The notes under the pieces: model-generated
Told to the model about the DNA's origin: nothing
Seen by the model: the letters and a program-made list of their open reading frames with translations, nothing else
The model's database searches: none
Assembly: GCA_902563835.1 (NCBI GenBank)
Contig: CACEZB010000004.1
Span: 342-64,341 of the forward strand
Source of the DNA: an uncultured SAR86 cluster bacterium
GTDB taxonomy: Bacteria > Pseudomonadota > Gammaproteobacteria > Magnimaribacterales > D2472
DNA length: 64,000 bases
Reading direction: 5' to 3'
Program-made: the position numbers and the translations under genes
Part shown: positions 9,911-19,931 of the stretch, one piece after another
Layout: every line of letters begins with the position of its first letter
How positions within the stretch are numbered: position 1 is the first letter of the stretch

Positions 9911-11836
9911 ATGAAAATTACTTTACCTGACAAAAGTGTAAGAGAGTTACCAGATGGATCGTCTGGTTATGATATAGCAAAAGATATTGGCCCAGGGTTA
10001 GCTAAATCCGCTGTGGCAATCATTGTTAACGGCGAAAAAAAAGATTTACATGATATTATCGAAAAGGATTCAACAGCGTCAATAATTACAATAGATTCAG
10101 AAGATGGTCTTGAAATAATGAGACACACTCTTACTGCACAGGTTCTAGCAAAAGCTTTAAAAAATCTTTATCCAAAATCTTATTTAGCAATTGGACCAAC
10201 GATTGAAGATGGCTTTTATTATGATATTGAAACAAGTCAATCAATATCAGTAGATGATCTTGAGAAAATTGAAAAAGAAATGAATAAAATTATTTCTTCA
10301 AAATCATCTATAACAAAGAAAATCGCAAGCAAGAAAGATGCATTAAAAGTTTTTAAATCTCTTGAAGAGCCATATAAACAATCAATTATAAATGAATCAG
10401 ATCAAAAAGATAATTTTCAGCTTTATTATCAAGATCAAGATAGTTTTGTAGATCTATGTAAAGGACCCCATCTACCAAATTTGAGTTTTATAGGATCTTT
10501 TAAACTCACAAAGGTATCTGGAGCATATTGGAAAGGAGACTCTAAGAATACTATGCTTACAAGAATTTATGGTACTGCTTGGAATAGTGACAAAGATCTA
10601 AATAAGCACTTAAATTCAATTGAAGAAGCGCAAAAAAGAGATCATAGAAAGCTTGGGAAAGAAATGGATTTGTTTCACTTTCAAGATGAGGCTCCAGGAA
10701 TGGTCTTTTGGCATCCAGATGGATGGACCATTTATCGACAATTACAAAACTTTGTAAGACAAAAGATTGAGAGTAATGGTTATGTTGAAATTAATACACC
10801 ATTAGTAATTGATAGGAAATTATGGGAAGCATCAGGACATTGGGATAAGTATCGAGAAAATATGTTTATCACTGAAATAGATGAAGAACATGCAAATGAA
10901 AAAAGAGTTAACGCATTAAAGCCGATGAACTGTCCTGGCCATGTTCAAATTTATAATCAAGGGACAAAGTCCTACAAAGATTTGCCATTAAGATTTGCAG
11001 AATTTGGTGCCTGCCATAGATATGAGCCATCTGGAACGATGCATGGGCTCATGAGAGTTCGCGGATTTACTCAGGATGATGGACATATCTTCTGTACAGA
11101 GGATCAAATAGAATCAGAAACAGGGCTATTTATAAATTTATTATCCGATATATATTCTGATTTAGGATTTAAAGATTTTAATATTAAATTATCTACAAGA
11201 CCTGAAGTTAGAGTAGGGTCAGATAAAACATGGGATAAGGCTGAGCAAGCACTTGAATCAGCAATAAAAAATTTGGGATACCCATATAAGCTAGATGAAG
11301 GAGATGGCGCATTTTATGGCCCAAAATTAGATTTTGTTTTAACAGATGCAATTGGAAGGGCATGGCAATGTGGCACTTTTCAATTAGATTTTAATTTAGC
11401 AGATAGGTTGGATGCTGAATTTGTTGGCGAAGATGGAAAAAAACATATCCCAGTTATGATTCATAGAGCAGTTCTAGGATCTTTTGAGAGATTTATCGGC
11501 ATTCTTATAGAAAATTATTCAGGTAAGCTACCTTTTTGGCTTGCTCCTAAACAGGTTGTAATAGCCTCAATAGTTTCTGAAGTTAACGATTATGTTATGG
11601 AAATTCAAGAATTATTTAAAAATAAAGGCATCAGGACTGAAGTAGACCTAAGAAATGAAAAAATTAGTTACAAAGTGAGAGAACACAGCTCTAAAAAAGT
11701 ACCTGTTATTTTGGCAATTGGAAAAAATGAAAAAGCTGATAAAACTGTTTCAATTAGAAGAATGGGCAGCAATGATTCCAAAGTTATGGATTTAAGCACG
11801 GCAATCAAAGAAATTTCTAAAGAAAACACCGTATGA
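9911..11836 (+). CDS. thrS: Threonine--tRNA ligase
   Basis: TGS N-terminus, [42 protein letters not shown]. Confidence 0.98.
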   Translation: MKITLPDKSVRELPDGSSGYDIAKDIGPGLAKSAVAIIVNGEKKDLHDIIEKDSTASIITIDSEDGLEIMRHTLTAQVLAKALKNLYPKSYLAIGPTIEDGFYYDIETSQSISVDDLEKIEKEMNKIISSKSSITKKIASKKDALKVFKSLEEPYKQSIINESDQKDNFQLYYQDQDSFVDLCKGPHLPNLSFIGSFKLTKVSGAYWKGDSKNTMLTRIYGTAWNSDKDLNKHLNSIEEAQKRDHRKLGKEMDLFHFQDEAPGMVFWHPDGWTIYRQLQNFVRQKIESNGYVEINTPLVIDRKLWEASGHWDKYRENMFITEIDEEHANEKRVNALKPMNCPGHVQIYNQGTKSYKDLPLRFAEFGACHRYEPSGTMHGLMRVRGFTQDDGHIFCTEDQIESETGLFINLLSDIYSDLGFKDFNIKLSTRPEVRVGSDKTWDKAEQALESAIKNLGYPYKLDEGDGAFYGPKLDFVLTDAIGRAWQCGTFQLDFNLADRLDAEFVGEDGKKHIPVMIHRAVLGSFERFIGILIENYSGKLPFWLAPKQVVIASIVSEVNDYVMEIQELFKNKGIRTEVDLRNEKISYKVREHSSKKVPVILAIGKNEKADKTVSIRRMGSNDSKVMDLSTAIKEISKENTV

Positions 11837-12027
11837 TTGCAAAAGTTTTTATATTACCAATAAGGTTCTACAGATACTTTATTTCACCCTTATTTCCTCC
11901 AACATGCAGATTTCAACCCACTTGTTCTGCATATGCAATTGAGGTCATTCTAGAAAAAGGGGTTTTTAGGGGCACATTTCTTGCAATACAAAGGGTTTTA
12001 AAGTGCCATCCTTGGCATAATTCTTAA
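11833..12027 (+). CDS. yidD: Membrane protein insertion efficiency factor
   Basis: [18 protein letters not shown] and RVLKCHPW. Confidence 0.93.
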   Translation: MIAKVFILPIRFYRYFISPLFPPTCRFQPTCSAYAIEVILEKGVFRGTFLAIQRVLKCHPWHNS

Positions 12028-12139
12028 TAAAAAACCGGTTTTTTTAGCACCTAAAAAAAATATATTTTTCTATCATATTCTTATATGATATGATTCACAC
12101 ATAATTTATGCGTTCATACGTAGCAATAAAGGGGGTTAT

Positions 12140-15031
12140 ATGAACAATTTTTTAAAAATTACATTTAGTTTTTGTGCATTCTTTTCGCTGGCTTTTTCAA
12201 CGAATATAGTTTCACAAGAAATTGAAGAAGTTGTTGTTACAGCAACTAAAAAGGAAGAGTCTATTCAGGACTTGGCAATATCAATCGAGGCATTTACTGC
12301 TGAAAGCATGGAAGAGAATATGATTGAAGATGCTTCTGACTTACAAGAAGTAGTTCCAGGCTTAATTATCGATAAAGGTATTGGTTCAGGTGCTTCATAT
12401 GCGATTCGTGGTACTGGATCATATGGTGTTGGTGCTGCAGTTGTAGGAGCAGTGGTTGTATCAACTAACGGACATGATGCAGGCACATCATCATTTGCTG
12501 ATATAGGTTTCTTTGATGTTGAGCGTGTTGAGGTTCTTAAAGGTCCTCAAGGTACTCTATTTGGTAGAAATGCTGTTGTAGGTGTTATTAATACCGTTAC
12601 AAAAAGACCAACATCTGAATTAGAAGGAAGTTGGGATGTTTCTATGGGTGACTATGATGCAATAACTTCAGAATTTATGTTGAATGTTCCAGTCTCAGAT
12701 ACAATTAGTGCAAGACTTGCATATACTTCAGTTGATAGAGACGGTTTTTCAACAAACATCCGAGATAATAAGAAATTTAATGATAAGCATGCATATGGAG
12801 CAAGATTATCTGTAGATTTTGACGTCAGTGAAAAAACAAGGATTATGTTGACTGCTGATATGTATAAAACAGATGACAATAGAAATAACATCGGCGCACC
12901 ATTTTGTGAAAGCCACGGCTTGTTAGGTTGTAACCCACTAACACAAGGTAGTCCAAACGTGCCAGCTGACTCAAGAGGTAGTACAGCTGCTTTATTTAAT
13001 GTTGTTGCTGGTTTAAAGCAATCAGCTTACAGTAATTCATATGCTGGTATGCCAACACCGGATAATTTCCGTGAAGCATATTTAACTAGAAGACCTGAGC
13101 AAAATTCAGAATATAATTTCTCTCAGCTACATATAGAGCATGATATAAGCGATGAGCTAATGTTGTCAGCTAAAGTTTCTTATCAAAAGAGATTTTATTA
13201 TCACATGAATGATAATGACTACTCTCATACTACTGCACCATTACCAGGGATTCTTAATGCACAGCTTGGTGCTTTGATTCCTTCAATAGAATGGATGGGT
13301 AGCTTTGGTGGTAACTTTAATGGAAGAGAATATGGATTTACTGAGTTGATTACTGGTGATAGAACTTATGAGTTCTCTCATTCAGACTTCTTTTCAACTC
13401 AAGCAGAAATTAACATAATTTCTAGTTTTGATGGCCCAATGAACTATACAGCTGGTATCTATATGTATGATGGTAGAAACCATAACAGATATCAAGTTCA
13501 AACAGCTGCATGGAATATGACAGGTAACTTTGGTCAACATCCATATGGAGCTGCTTTATATGGTGGCGCTTTTGCTGCATACGGTGGTATACCTTTCTAT
13601 CAAACTTGGGTTCTTGGTGGTTTATCAGGATCTGCAGTTTGTGGGTCTGGTGTATTAGGACCAGTAGCGGCTGCAGTACCTAGTACAGCTAACCCTGCTT
13701 GCTTAAGTGGATTGTTGGCTGCGCAAGGAATCGCACCGTATCATATTCCAACCACAATATCTGGCTATTTAAATGATGACCATGTTAGAACAAAGTCAAC
13801 AGCAGTATATGGTGAGCTTTACTATGATTTAAGTGAAGATACTATGTTAACACTTGGTTATAGATGGAATGATGACGTTGTAAAAGATACTCTTATGACT
13901 TGTTTAACAGACTTTGATTGTCCTCTTTACCCTGCCTCTCAATGGGCTACTGGTGAGTATGGATTTCATCCAAACTATGAAGTGATTGCAAATGATGCTA
14001 CTGCATATAAAGTTTCAGTTAAGCATAATATATCTGATAACCAAATGGTTTATGCTAGTTATACAACTGCTAATAAAGCAGGTGGTACTAACCCAGTTAT
14101 TGGATTAATTCCTGATCCATATGACCCTGAAGAAACAGGTGTTTTTGAAATAGGAACTAAAAGTATTCTATTTGATGGAGCAATGTTATTTAATGCAACG
14201 TTCTTCATGAATGATACTAAAGGTATGCTTATTTCAAATATTGAAAATGCTGGATCAGTTAACTATAACGTTGATGCTGAAATTACAGGTTTTGAAGGTA
14301 ATTTAATAACATATTTAGGTGAAACCACAAGCTTGGATGTGAGCTGGTTACTTGTTGAAAGTGAGTTAGGTGAGGCAACTATGCCTGATCCAATTAACCC
14401 TGGTGGCATAGTAGCGTTATTAGATGTTAATCCAGCGCTATTTATTCCTGGTGTGGGTTGTGCCACAGCAACTGGCATGTGTCCTCCAACTGCTTTTGGC
14501 GGTGGAGTTGATGGATTGCCATTTGATCCAGCTGGCGCTGTTCAATACGGTTATGGTGTTGATTCATCTGGAAATATAATTCCTCTATTTAAATCTGCAG
14601 GTTACTTATGTACTGCACCGTTTAACCCTTTAGGTGGAATTTCGTGTCCAGTGGCACCAGCACAGTTAAGTCTTAGCGGTAATAGCGTGCCTCAGTCACC
14701 TGAGAGTTCATACAGTATTGGTGTTAACCAAGATTTTGCTACAGGCAATGGAATGGTTACAGCAAGACTTGCTTATAGATATCAAGCTGAAAGAGAAGGT
14801 AACGTGTTCAACCAAGATAGAGCAAGAATGCCTGAGACTGATTACATGGATATGAACATTACTTATACACCAAATGATGGTGATTGGTATGTTCGTGTTT
14901 ATGCTAAAAACTTAAATGATGACCAATATGTTGGTACATGGGCTGCTTCTTCTGCATTGCAGGGTGGTGCTCAATTTGCTACATATACTGACCCAAGAAC
15001 TTGGGGTATTCAGTTTGGTTCTAAGTTTTAA
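12140..15031 (+). CDS. TonB-dependent receptor
   Basis: Signal peptide, TonB box EEVVVTA, plug motif RVEVLKGPQGTLFGRNA, C-terminal PRTWGIQFGSKF. Confidence 0.96.
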   Translation: MNNFLKITFSFCAFFSLAFSTNIVSQEIEEVVVTATKKEESIQDLAISIEAFTAESMEENMIEDASDLQEVVPGLIIDKGIGSGASYAIRGTGSYGVGAAVVGAVVVSTNGHDAGTSSFADIGFFDVERVEVLKGPQGTLFGRNAVVGVINTVTKRPTSELEGSWDVSMGDYDAITSEFMLNVPVSDTISARLAYTSVDRDGFSTNIRDNKKFNDKHAYGARLSVDFDVSEKTRIMLTADMYKTDDNRNNIGAPFCESHGLLGCNPLTQGSPNVPADSRGSTAALFNVVAGLKQSAYSNSYAGMPTPDNFREAYLTRRPEQNSEYNFSQLHIEHDISDELMLSAKVSYQKRFYYHMNDNDYSHTTAPLPGILNAQLGALIPSIEWMGSFGGNFNGREYGFTELITGDRTYEFSHSDFFSTQAEINIISSFDGPMNYTAGIYMYDGRNHNRYQVQTAAWNMTGNFGQHPYGAALYGGAFAAYGGIPFYQTWVLGGLSGSAVCGSGVLGPVAAAVPSTANPACLSGLLAAQGIAPYHIPTTISGYLNDDHVRTKSTAVYGELYYDLSEDTMLTLGYRWNDDVVKDTLMTCLTDFDCPLYPASQWATGEYGFHPNYEVIANDATAYKVSVKHNISDNQMVYASYTTANKAGGTNPVIGLIPDPYDPEETGVFEIGTKSILFDGAMLFNATFFMNDTKGMLISNIENAGSVNYNVDAEITGFEGNLITYLGETTSLDVSWLLVESELGEATMPDPINPGGIVALLDVNPALFIPGVGCATATGMCPPTAFGGGVDGLPFDPAGAVQYGYGVDSSGNIIPLFKSAGYLCTAPFNPLGGISCPVAPAQLSLSGNSVPQSPESSYSIGVNQDFATGNGMVTARLAYRYQAEREGNVFNQDRARMPETDYMDMNITYTPNDGDWYVRVYAKNLNDDQYVGTWAASSALQGGAQFATYTDPRTWGIQFGSKF

Positions 15032-15049
15032 TTAATTAGAATAATTATT

Positions 15050-15078
15050 AAAGCCCAGTTTTTACTGGGCTTTTTTTT
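15050..15078 (+). terminator. Intrinsic terminator
   Basis: AAAGCCCAGT-TTTT-ACTGGGC followed by T8. Confidence 0.9.
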
Positions 15079-15093
15079 ACTTATACTTATACT

Positions 15094-15573
15094 ATGAAAC
15101 CCTTACCTTACAATCCTGACTCTGTAATAGTTACTCAAGAAATGTGTGATCATAATGGGCATATGAATGTTAATTATTATTATCAATTGTTTGACAGCAC
15201 ATACACATCATTTTATATAGATGAATTGGGTTTTGATGAGGCCTATATGGAAAGAGGTTTTTCAACATTTACTCTAGAAGATAGTATTCGATATTTAAAA
15301 GAATTTAGATTAAATGATGTTGTGTATCCATCATTTCAATTATATAAAGCAAACAAAAAACTTTTGCACTTTATTGGAATACTTCAAAACAAAGATAATG
15401 AAGTTGCCGCTATTTTTGAAACTGTATTAGGTCATATCGATCTCAACAAAAGAAAGATTGTAAATTTCTCTGACCAAATGATTGAAAATTTATTAAAAGT
15501 TTCTAGTGAACAAAGAAAAATATCAGAATTGCCTTTTGAAGTAAAACTCCATATAAAAGATATTGATGAATAA
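15094..15573 (+). CDS. Acyl-CoA thioesterase (hotdog fold, 4HBT-like)
   Basis: CDHNGHMNVNYY..LFD motif and IRYLKE. Confidence 0.87.
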   Translation: MKPLPYNPDSVIVTQEMCDHNGHMNVNYYYQLFDSTYTSFYIDELGFDEAYMERGFSTFTLEDSIRYLKEFRLNDVVYPSFQLYKANKKLLHFIGILQNKDNEVAAIFETVLGHIDLNKRKIVNFSDQMIENLLKVSSEQRKISELPFEVKLHIKDIDE

Positions 15574-16567
15574 ATTTATTTATACGATATCTCTAATTTT
15601 TATTTTTTATACTCATCTTATTTATGGTTTTGAATTTAGTGCTATGACGCTTAATGCACAGAATTTATTTGATACCACTGATGACTTAAAAAAAGATGAT
15701 AAAGCATACCTGCCTATTGAATTAAAACAATCCAAAGCACATATAAGTTCCTGTAATAAAATAAGAGTTAAATCATGGAGAGAGGAGTGTTTATACCTTG
15801 ACTGGGATAATGAAACCAAAGATATAAAGCTTGCCAACTTGGTTAAGAATATTATTTCATATGATAAAAATGGCCCAGATATTTTAGCACTTCAGGAAGT
15901 AGAGAATATTAATATTCTTAAACAACTATTTTTATTATTAGAACCTTATGGGTATATAGATTATGAGTTATTAGAAAGTAATGATTATCGCGGGATTGAT
16001 ACTGCTTTTATTTCAAAATTTAAAATATTGGATTCAAAACTTCACTACATTACTTTTTCTGGAGAATTTGAAGATAAAGATACTAGACCAATTTTAGATA
16101 TTTCAATAAATATAAATAATAGAAATGTAAAAGTTTATAATGTACATTTTCCAGCTGGTTACCATGATGTTTCAATGAGAATAGACTCTCTTAATTTGCT
16201 TAAAGAACTATTAAATACTCATAACAAACCAACAATTGCTCTGGGTGATTTTAATGTAAATACTAAAGAAGATAATAAGCATAAGATTTATCAATCCCAA
16301 GAAGATAAATGGATTATTGGTCATTTAATTGGGTGCAATGATTGTAAGGGCTCCTATTTTTATAATTATGATAAATCTTGGAGCTTTTTAGATACGATCT
16401 TTATTTCTAAGGATAGGTCTATAAGTTTTATTTCTAACTCAGTTGAAATACATAATACTAAAGAAAATTCATACTTTGATACTGGCAAGCCTATAAGATT
16501 TAATCCTGTAAGTAGAAAAGGGGTGTCAGACCATCTTCCAATGGTTGCAAGGTTTGAATTAAATTAA
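15566..16567 (+). CDS. Secreted endonuclease/exonuclease/phosphatase (EEP) family protein
   Basis: NAQNLFD, ALQEVEN, GDFN, LD, SDHLP motifs; N-terminal signal. Confidence 0.9.
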   Translation: MNKFIYTISLIFIFYTHLIYGFEFSAMTLNAQNLFDTTDDLKKDDKAYLPIELKQSKAHISSCNKIRVKSWREECLYLDWDNETKDIKLANLVKNIISYDKNGPDILALQEVENINILKQLFLLLEPYGYIDYELLESNDYRGIDTAFISKFKILDSKLHYITFSGEFEDKDTRPILDISININNRNVKVYNVHFPAGYHDVSMRIDSLNLLKELLNTHNKPTIALGDFNVNTKEDNKHKIYQSQEDKWIIGHLIGCNDCKGSYFYNYDKSWSFLDTIFISKDRSISFISNSVEIHNTKENSYFDTGKPIRFNPVSRKGVSDHLPMVARFELN

Positions 16568-16579
16568 TTAAAAAAGATT

Positions 16580-16981
16580 TTATCTTTTATGACAATCTGA
16601 GCAATTTAGCTCATTACAAGTTTTATGATTTTTATAGTGTGAGAATGCAAGAATCATTGAGCCTACTACGGTAAAACCTCTTTCACCCGACTCTCCAATA
16701 ATATTTTCTAGAAGAACTGCAAGAATAAGTATTGTTAACCCTAGAATACCTGTTACAAGAAAAGTAATAGTTTGATGATTTTTATATCCTAAACCTAAAG
16801 CAAATAAACTAATTGGAGCAGCCAACATTAATAGCAAATAATGTATAAGTTCACTTTCAATCGTGAATGCAGATACCCCATAAGCCAAGATAACAACTGC
16901 AGGGGCAAAAAAACAATGAATCACGCAGGCCATGGACAAACCCATTGCTAATTTGTCTGAATTTAATTGTGTTTTTATCAT
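16580..16981 (-). CDS. MerC domain membrane protein
   Basis: DKLAMGLSMACVIHC, ELIH, four TM segments, HYKN and a Cys/His-rich tail. Confidence 0.85.
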   Translation of the reverse strand: MIKTQLNSDKLAMGLSMACVIHCFFAPAVVILAYGVSAFTIESELIHYLLLMLAAPISLFALGLGYKNHQTITFLVTGILGLTILILAVLLENIIGESGERGFTVVGSMILAFSHYKNHKTCNELNCSDCHKR

Positions 16982-17009
16982 ATTAGTTTGTTTGGCTTAT
17001 ATTTAAAAA

Positions 17010-17408
17010 TTATTTTCGCCAACCGCCTCTATCAAAGATTCTTAAGTATGTAAGTTGGTCATGATCTGAATCATTTACTACTTTACAATAATCTCCTGAC
17101 TCTACTAAAATAACATCTCCAGCAGATAATTCATATGAATCTTTGTGTTCTATTCCATGAGATGGATTTGTACCATGCCCATCGTCAGAGTTTGTATATT
17201 CAACAATTTCCATAGTGCCTCTGCCATTTGTTATGACATAAACAACATCTGAATCAATAAGCTTGTGGCCTTTAGTCGATTTTCCAGGCTCAATTACAGT
17301 TTTACTTGCAATAATTCTTTGCAGTAAATCATTGGTCCAAACGGTATATTCATCAGTTGATTTTTGTGGTGATCCACCTATTCTAAAATTAGTATATTTT
17401 TTAGCCAT
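17010..17408 (-). CDS. Cupin-fold protein with degenerate metal site
   Basis: IEPGKSTKGH....VVYVITNGRGTM and AGDVILVESG..KVVN cupin motifs; start placed at MAKKY behind AGGAAA. Confidence 0.72.
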   Translation of the reverse strand: MAKKYTNFRIGGSPQKSTDEYTVWTNDLLQRIIASKTVIEPGKSTKGHKLIDSDVVYVITNGRGTMEIVEYTNSDDGHGTNPSHGIEHKDSYELSAGDVILVESGDYCKVVNDSDHDQLTYLRIFDRGGWRK

Positions 17409-17544
17409 ATTAAATTTCCTTGAGACATTATAAGTATTTGTTATGAATATTCTAGTATATATTTTATATAAGGGTGTCGCTATTAGGCATAATTTAATAT
17501 ACTTAATAATCAAAATTCATAAGTTTATAGAGGAGTTAAGCCCA

Positions 17545-18837
17545 ATGAGTAAAACGTATACAAATCCAGAAACAATCGGTCTTCATGCTGGATGGAGAAA
17601 AGATGAAAATACTAATTCAGTAGCAGTTCCAATTCATCAAACATCAAGTTTCCAATTTGATGATTGTGATCATGCTGCTAATTTGTTTGCTTTATCTGAG
17701 TTAGGAAATATTTATTCAAGGATTATGAATCCAACATGTGCAGTACTTGAAGATAGAATGGCAGCACTTGAAGGTGGTGTAGGTGCTTTAGCTGTAGCTT
17801 CGGGTCAGGCTGCTTCAGCATATGCCATTCAGAATATTGCTCGTAAAGGAGACAATATAGTAGCGTCATCGCATTTATATGGAGGCACTTATAACCAATT
17901 CAAAAATCCAATGTCTGATATGGGTATTGAAGTTAGATTTGTAGATCCTGCTGATCCTAATAATTTTGCGGAAGCAACAGATGAAAATACTCGAGCTTAT
18001 TATGGAGAGGTGCTTCCAAATCCTAGCTTTGAGGTATTTCCTATTTCTGAGGTTGCTGAAATTGGACGACCATTAGGGATTCCATTAATTGTTGATAACA
18101 CCGCAGCGCCCGTAATATGCAAACCTTTTGATCATGGTGCGGCTGTCTTAATTCACTCTACAACTAAATTTATAGGTGGTCATGGTACGTCTATAGGGGG
18201 AATTATTGTTGATAGTGGAAATTTTGATTGGGAAGCATTTCCTGAAAGACAACCAGCATTAAATACACCTGATCCTTCATATGGTGGCGCAGTATGGACT
18301 GAAGCTGTAAAACCATTAGGACCAATCGCTTACATCCTCAAAGCAAGAACAACCATCTTGAGGGATATGGGAGCAGCAATGAGTCCTTTTAATGCATTTA
18401 TGTTTATACAAGGTCTTGAGACTCTTGCATTAAGAATGAGGGAACATTCAGCAAATGCAGAAATCGTTGCCAAATATCTATCTGAACATGATTCAGTTGA
18501 AAGAGTTATATATCCATCAGTTATGGATGGTTATGCCAAAGAAAGAGCTGAAAAATATCTTTCCAGAGGAAATGGAGGTTTAATGGGTTTTGAAGTTAAA
18601 GGTGGCAGAGAGTCTGGTGAGAAATTCATCAACGCACTTGAAATGGTATATCATGTTGCAAATATTGGAGACTCACGAAGTCTTGCGATTCATCCTGGTA
18701 GTACGACCCATAGCCAATTAACAGAAGAAGAACTTCTATCTGCCGGTATTACCCCAGGCTTTGTTAGATTATCAATAGGCTTGGAACACCCAGATGATAT
18801 TATTGCTGACTTTGAGCAAGCCTTATCGAAGATATAA
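17545..18837 (+). CDS. metY: O-acetylhomoserine sulfhydrylase (Cys/Met metabolism PLP enzyme)
   Basis: YSRIMNPT, ASGQAA, LYGGT, VDNT, HSTTKFIGGHG, ANIGD, RLSIGLE; GAGGAG RBS. Confidence 0.93.
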   Translation: MSKTYTNPETIGLHAGWRKDENTNSVAVPIHQTSSFQFDDCDHAANLFALSELGNIYSRIMNPTCAVLEDRMAALEGGVGALAVASGQAASAYAIQNIARKGDNIVASSHLYGGTYNQFKNPMSDMGIEVRFVDPADPNNFAEATDENTRAYYGEVLPNPSFEVFPISEVAEIGRPLGIPLIVDNTAAPVICKPFDHGAAVLIHSTTKFIGGHGTSIGGIIVDSGNFDWEAFPERQPALNTPDPSYGGAVWTEAVKPLGPIAYILKARTTILRDMGAAMSPFNAFMFIQGLETLALRMREHSANAEIVAKYLSEHDSVERVIYPSVMDGYAKERAEKYLSRGNGGLMGFEVKGGRESGEKFINALEMVYHVANIGDSRSLAIHPGSTTHSQLTEEELLSAGITPGFVRLSIGLEHPDDIIADFEQALSKI

Positions 18838-18843
18838 TAAGTT

Positions 18844-19359
18844 TTGAGCCAAGAATTAGTTACTTACATAGTTCTTGGATCAAATCAAAGACTTAAAAAT
18901 ATAAAAATTCCTTCATCAACCAAGGTGGAGGAATATCTTTTAGCAAATTTTGATGATAATAATTTAATTGTAAAAACAATAGATAGTTTAGTTTCTAATG
19001 CTAAAGGAAACTTAGTTGTATTGTTGCCACCATCTTCACTACCTAATAAAAAATCAAAAGAAATTCTTAAAAAGATTTCTATGATTGATTTATCGGCATG
19101 GGGCTGGTTTCAATTTAATAAAAAGAATAATGATATTATTCAAAACTTAAAAAAAATATCATCTGCTATGAGAAGTATTCCAAATCTAGAACAGGGAATA
19201 TTTTTTAATAAAAGATTATATTTTTCAGTCGGAGGCATTGGTGCTTTTGGGGCTCAACCTTTTAAGGAAATATCCAAAAGATTTTATTCAAGAATTGATC
19301 CACAAAACCCATTACCACCACTTATAATAAGAACCAAAAATTTAGAATTATTTAAATGA
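18844..19359 (+). CDS. Degenerate GT2 glycosyltransferase-like protein (TIGR04283-like), probably non-catalytic
   Basis: AKGNLVVLLPPSSLP...WGWFQF...IPNLEQGIFFNKRLYFSVGG...EISKR follows the family pattern but lacks HAD and ED. Confidence 0.55.
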   Translation: MSQELVTYIVLGSNQRLKNIKIPSSTKVEEYLLANFDDNNLIVKTIDSLVSNAKGNLVVLLPPSSLPNKKSKEILKKISMIDLSAWGWFQFNKKNNDIIQNLKKISSAMRSIPNLEQGIFFNKRLYFSVGGIGAFGAQPFKEISKRFYSRIDPQNPLPPLIIRTKNLELFK

Positions 19360-19931
19360 ATACAGATCAATTAGTAAGCGCAGAAAATATAGCTTATAAA
19401 ATTAATGACAATAAACTTTTTCATAATATTTCCTTTTTTCTTGAGAAAGGCAAGGCATTACATATCTGCGGGTCAAATGGATCTGGGAAATCTACTTTAA
19501 TTAGAATTATTTTAGGTATAACAACTCAAACCAAAGGTGATATGAACATTTTTTCTGAAAAGAAAATTTGTTATTTAGGCCATAAAAACGCAATCAAGTC
19601 ATATTTGAGCATCGAAGATAATCTTTTGATTATGGGTTTAACAACTCATTCAAATATTAATAAATATATAGACATTCTTGAGTTAAGAGATTGCTTGGAT
19701 GTTATTGTAGGAAACTTGTCTTTTGGACAACAAAAGAAAGTAGCTCTGTTAAGAGTGTTCTTAAATGATTCAGATTTAATAATATTAGATGAGCCATTTG
19801 TAGGATTAGATTCTGATACCCAAGATCTACTAAATCAATTTTTAATTGAAGAATTAAATTCAAAAAAAGGGTTGATATTTACGTCTCATATTAAGTGTGA
19901 AATAAATTCAAAGACAATTAATCTAGAATAA
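19356..19931 (+). CDS. ccmA: Heme ABC exporter ATP-binding protein
   Basis: GSNGSGKST, YLGHKNAIK, LSFGQ, ILDEPF; first gene of the ccm cluster. Confidence 0.92.
   Translation: MNTDQLVSAENIAYKINDNKLFHNISFFLEKGKALHICGSNGSGKSTLIRIILGITTQTKGDMNIFSEKKICYLGHKNAIKSYLSIEDNLLIMGLTTHSNINKYIDILELRDCLDVIVGNLSFGQQKKVALLRVFLNDSDLIILDEPFVGLDSDTQDLLNQFLIEELNSKKGLIFTSHIKCEINSKTINLE

Noticed and set aside
12028-12043. Palindrome AAAAAACCGGTTTTTT after yidD
   Set aside because: Low complexity with no loop; at best a weak terminator
16580-16981. MerC-like gene as a mercury-resistance operon
   Set aside because: No merA, merR or merP nearby
17409-17544. Extended overlapping N-termini of the cupin (to 17513) and metY (from 17443)
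   Set aside because: RBS positions and family N-termini support starts at 17408 and 17545; the gap is a divergent promoter region. No SAM riboswitch motif was recognised
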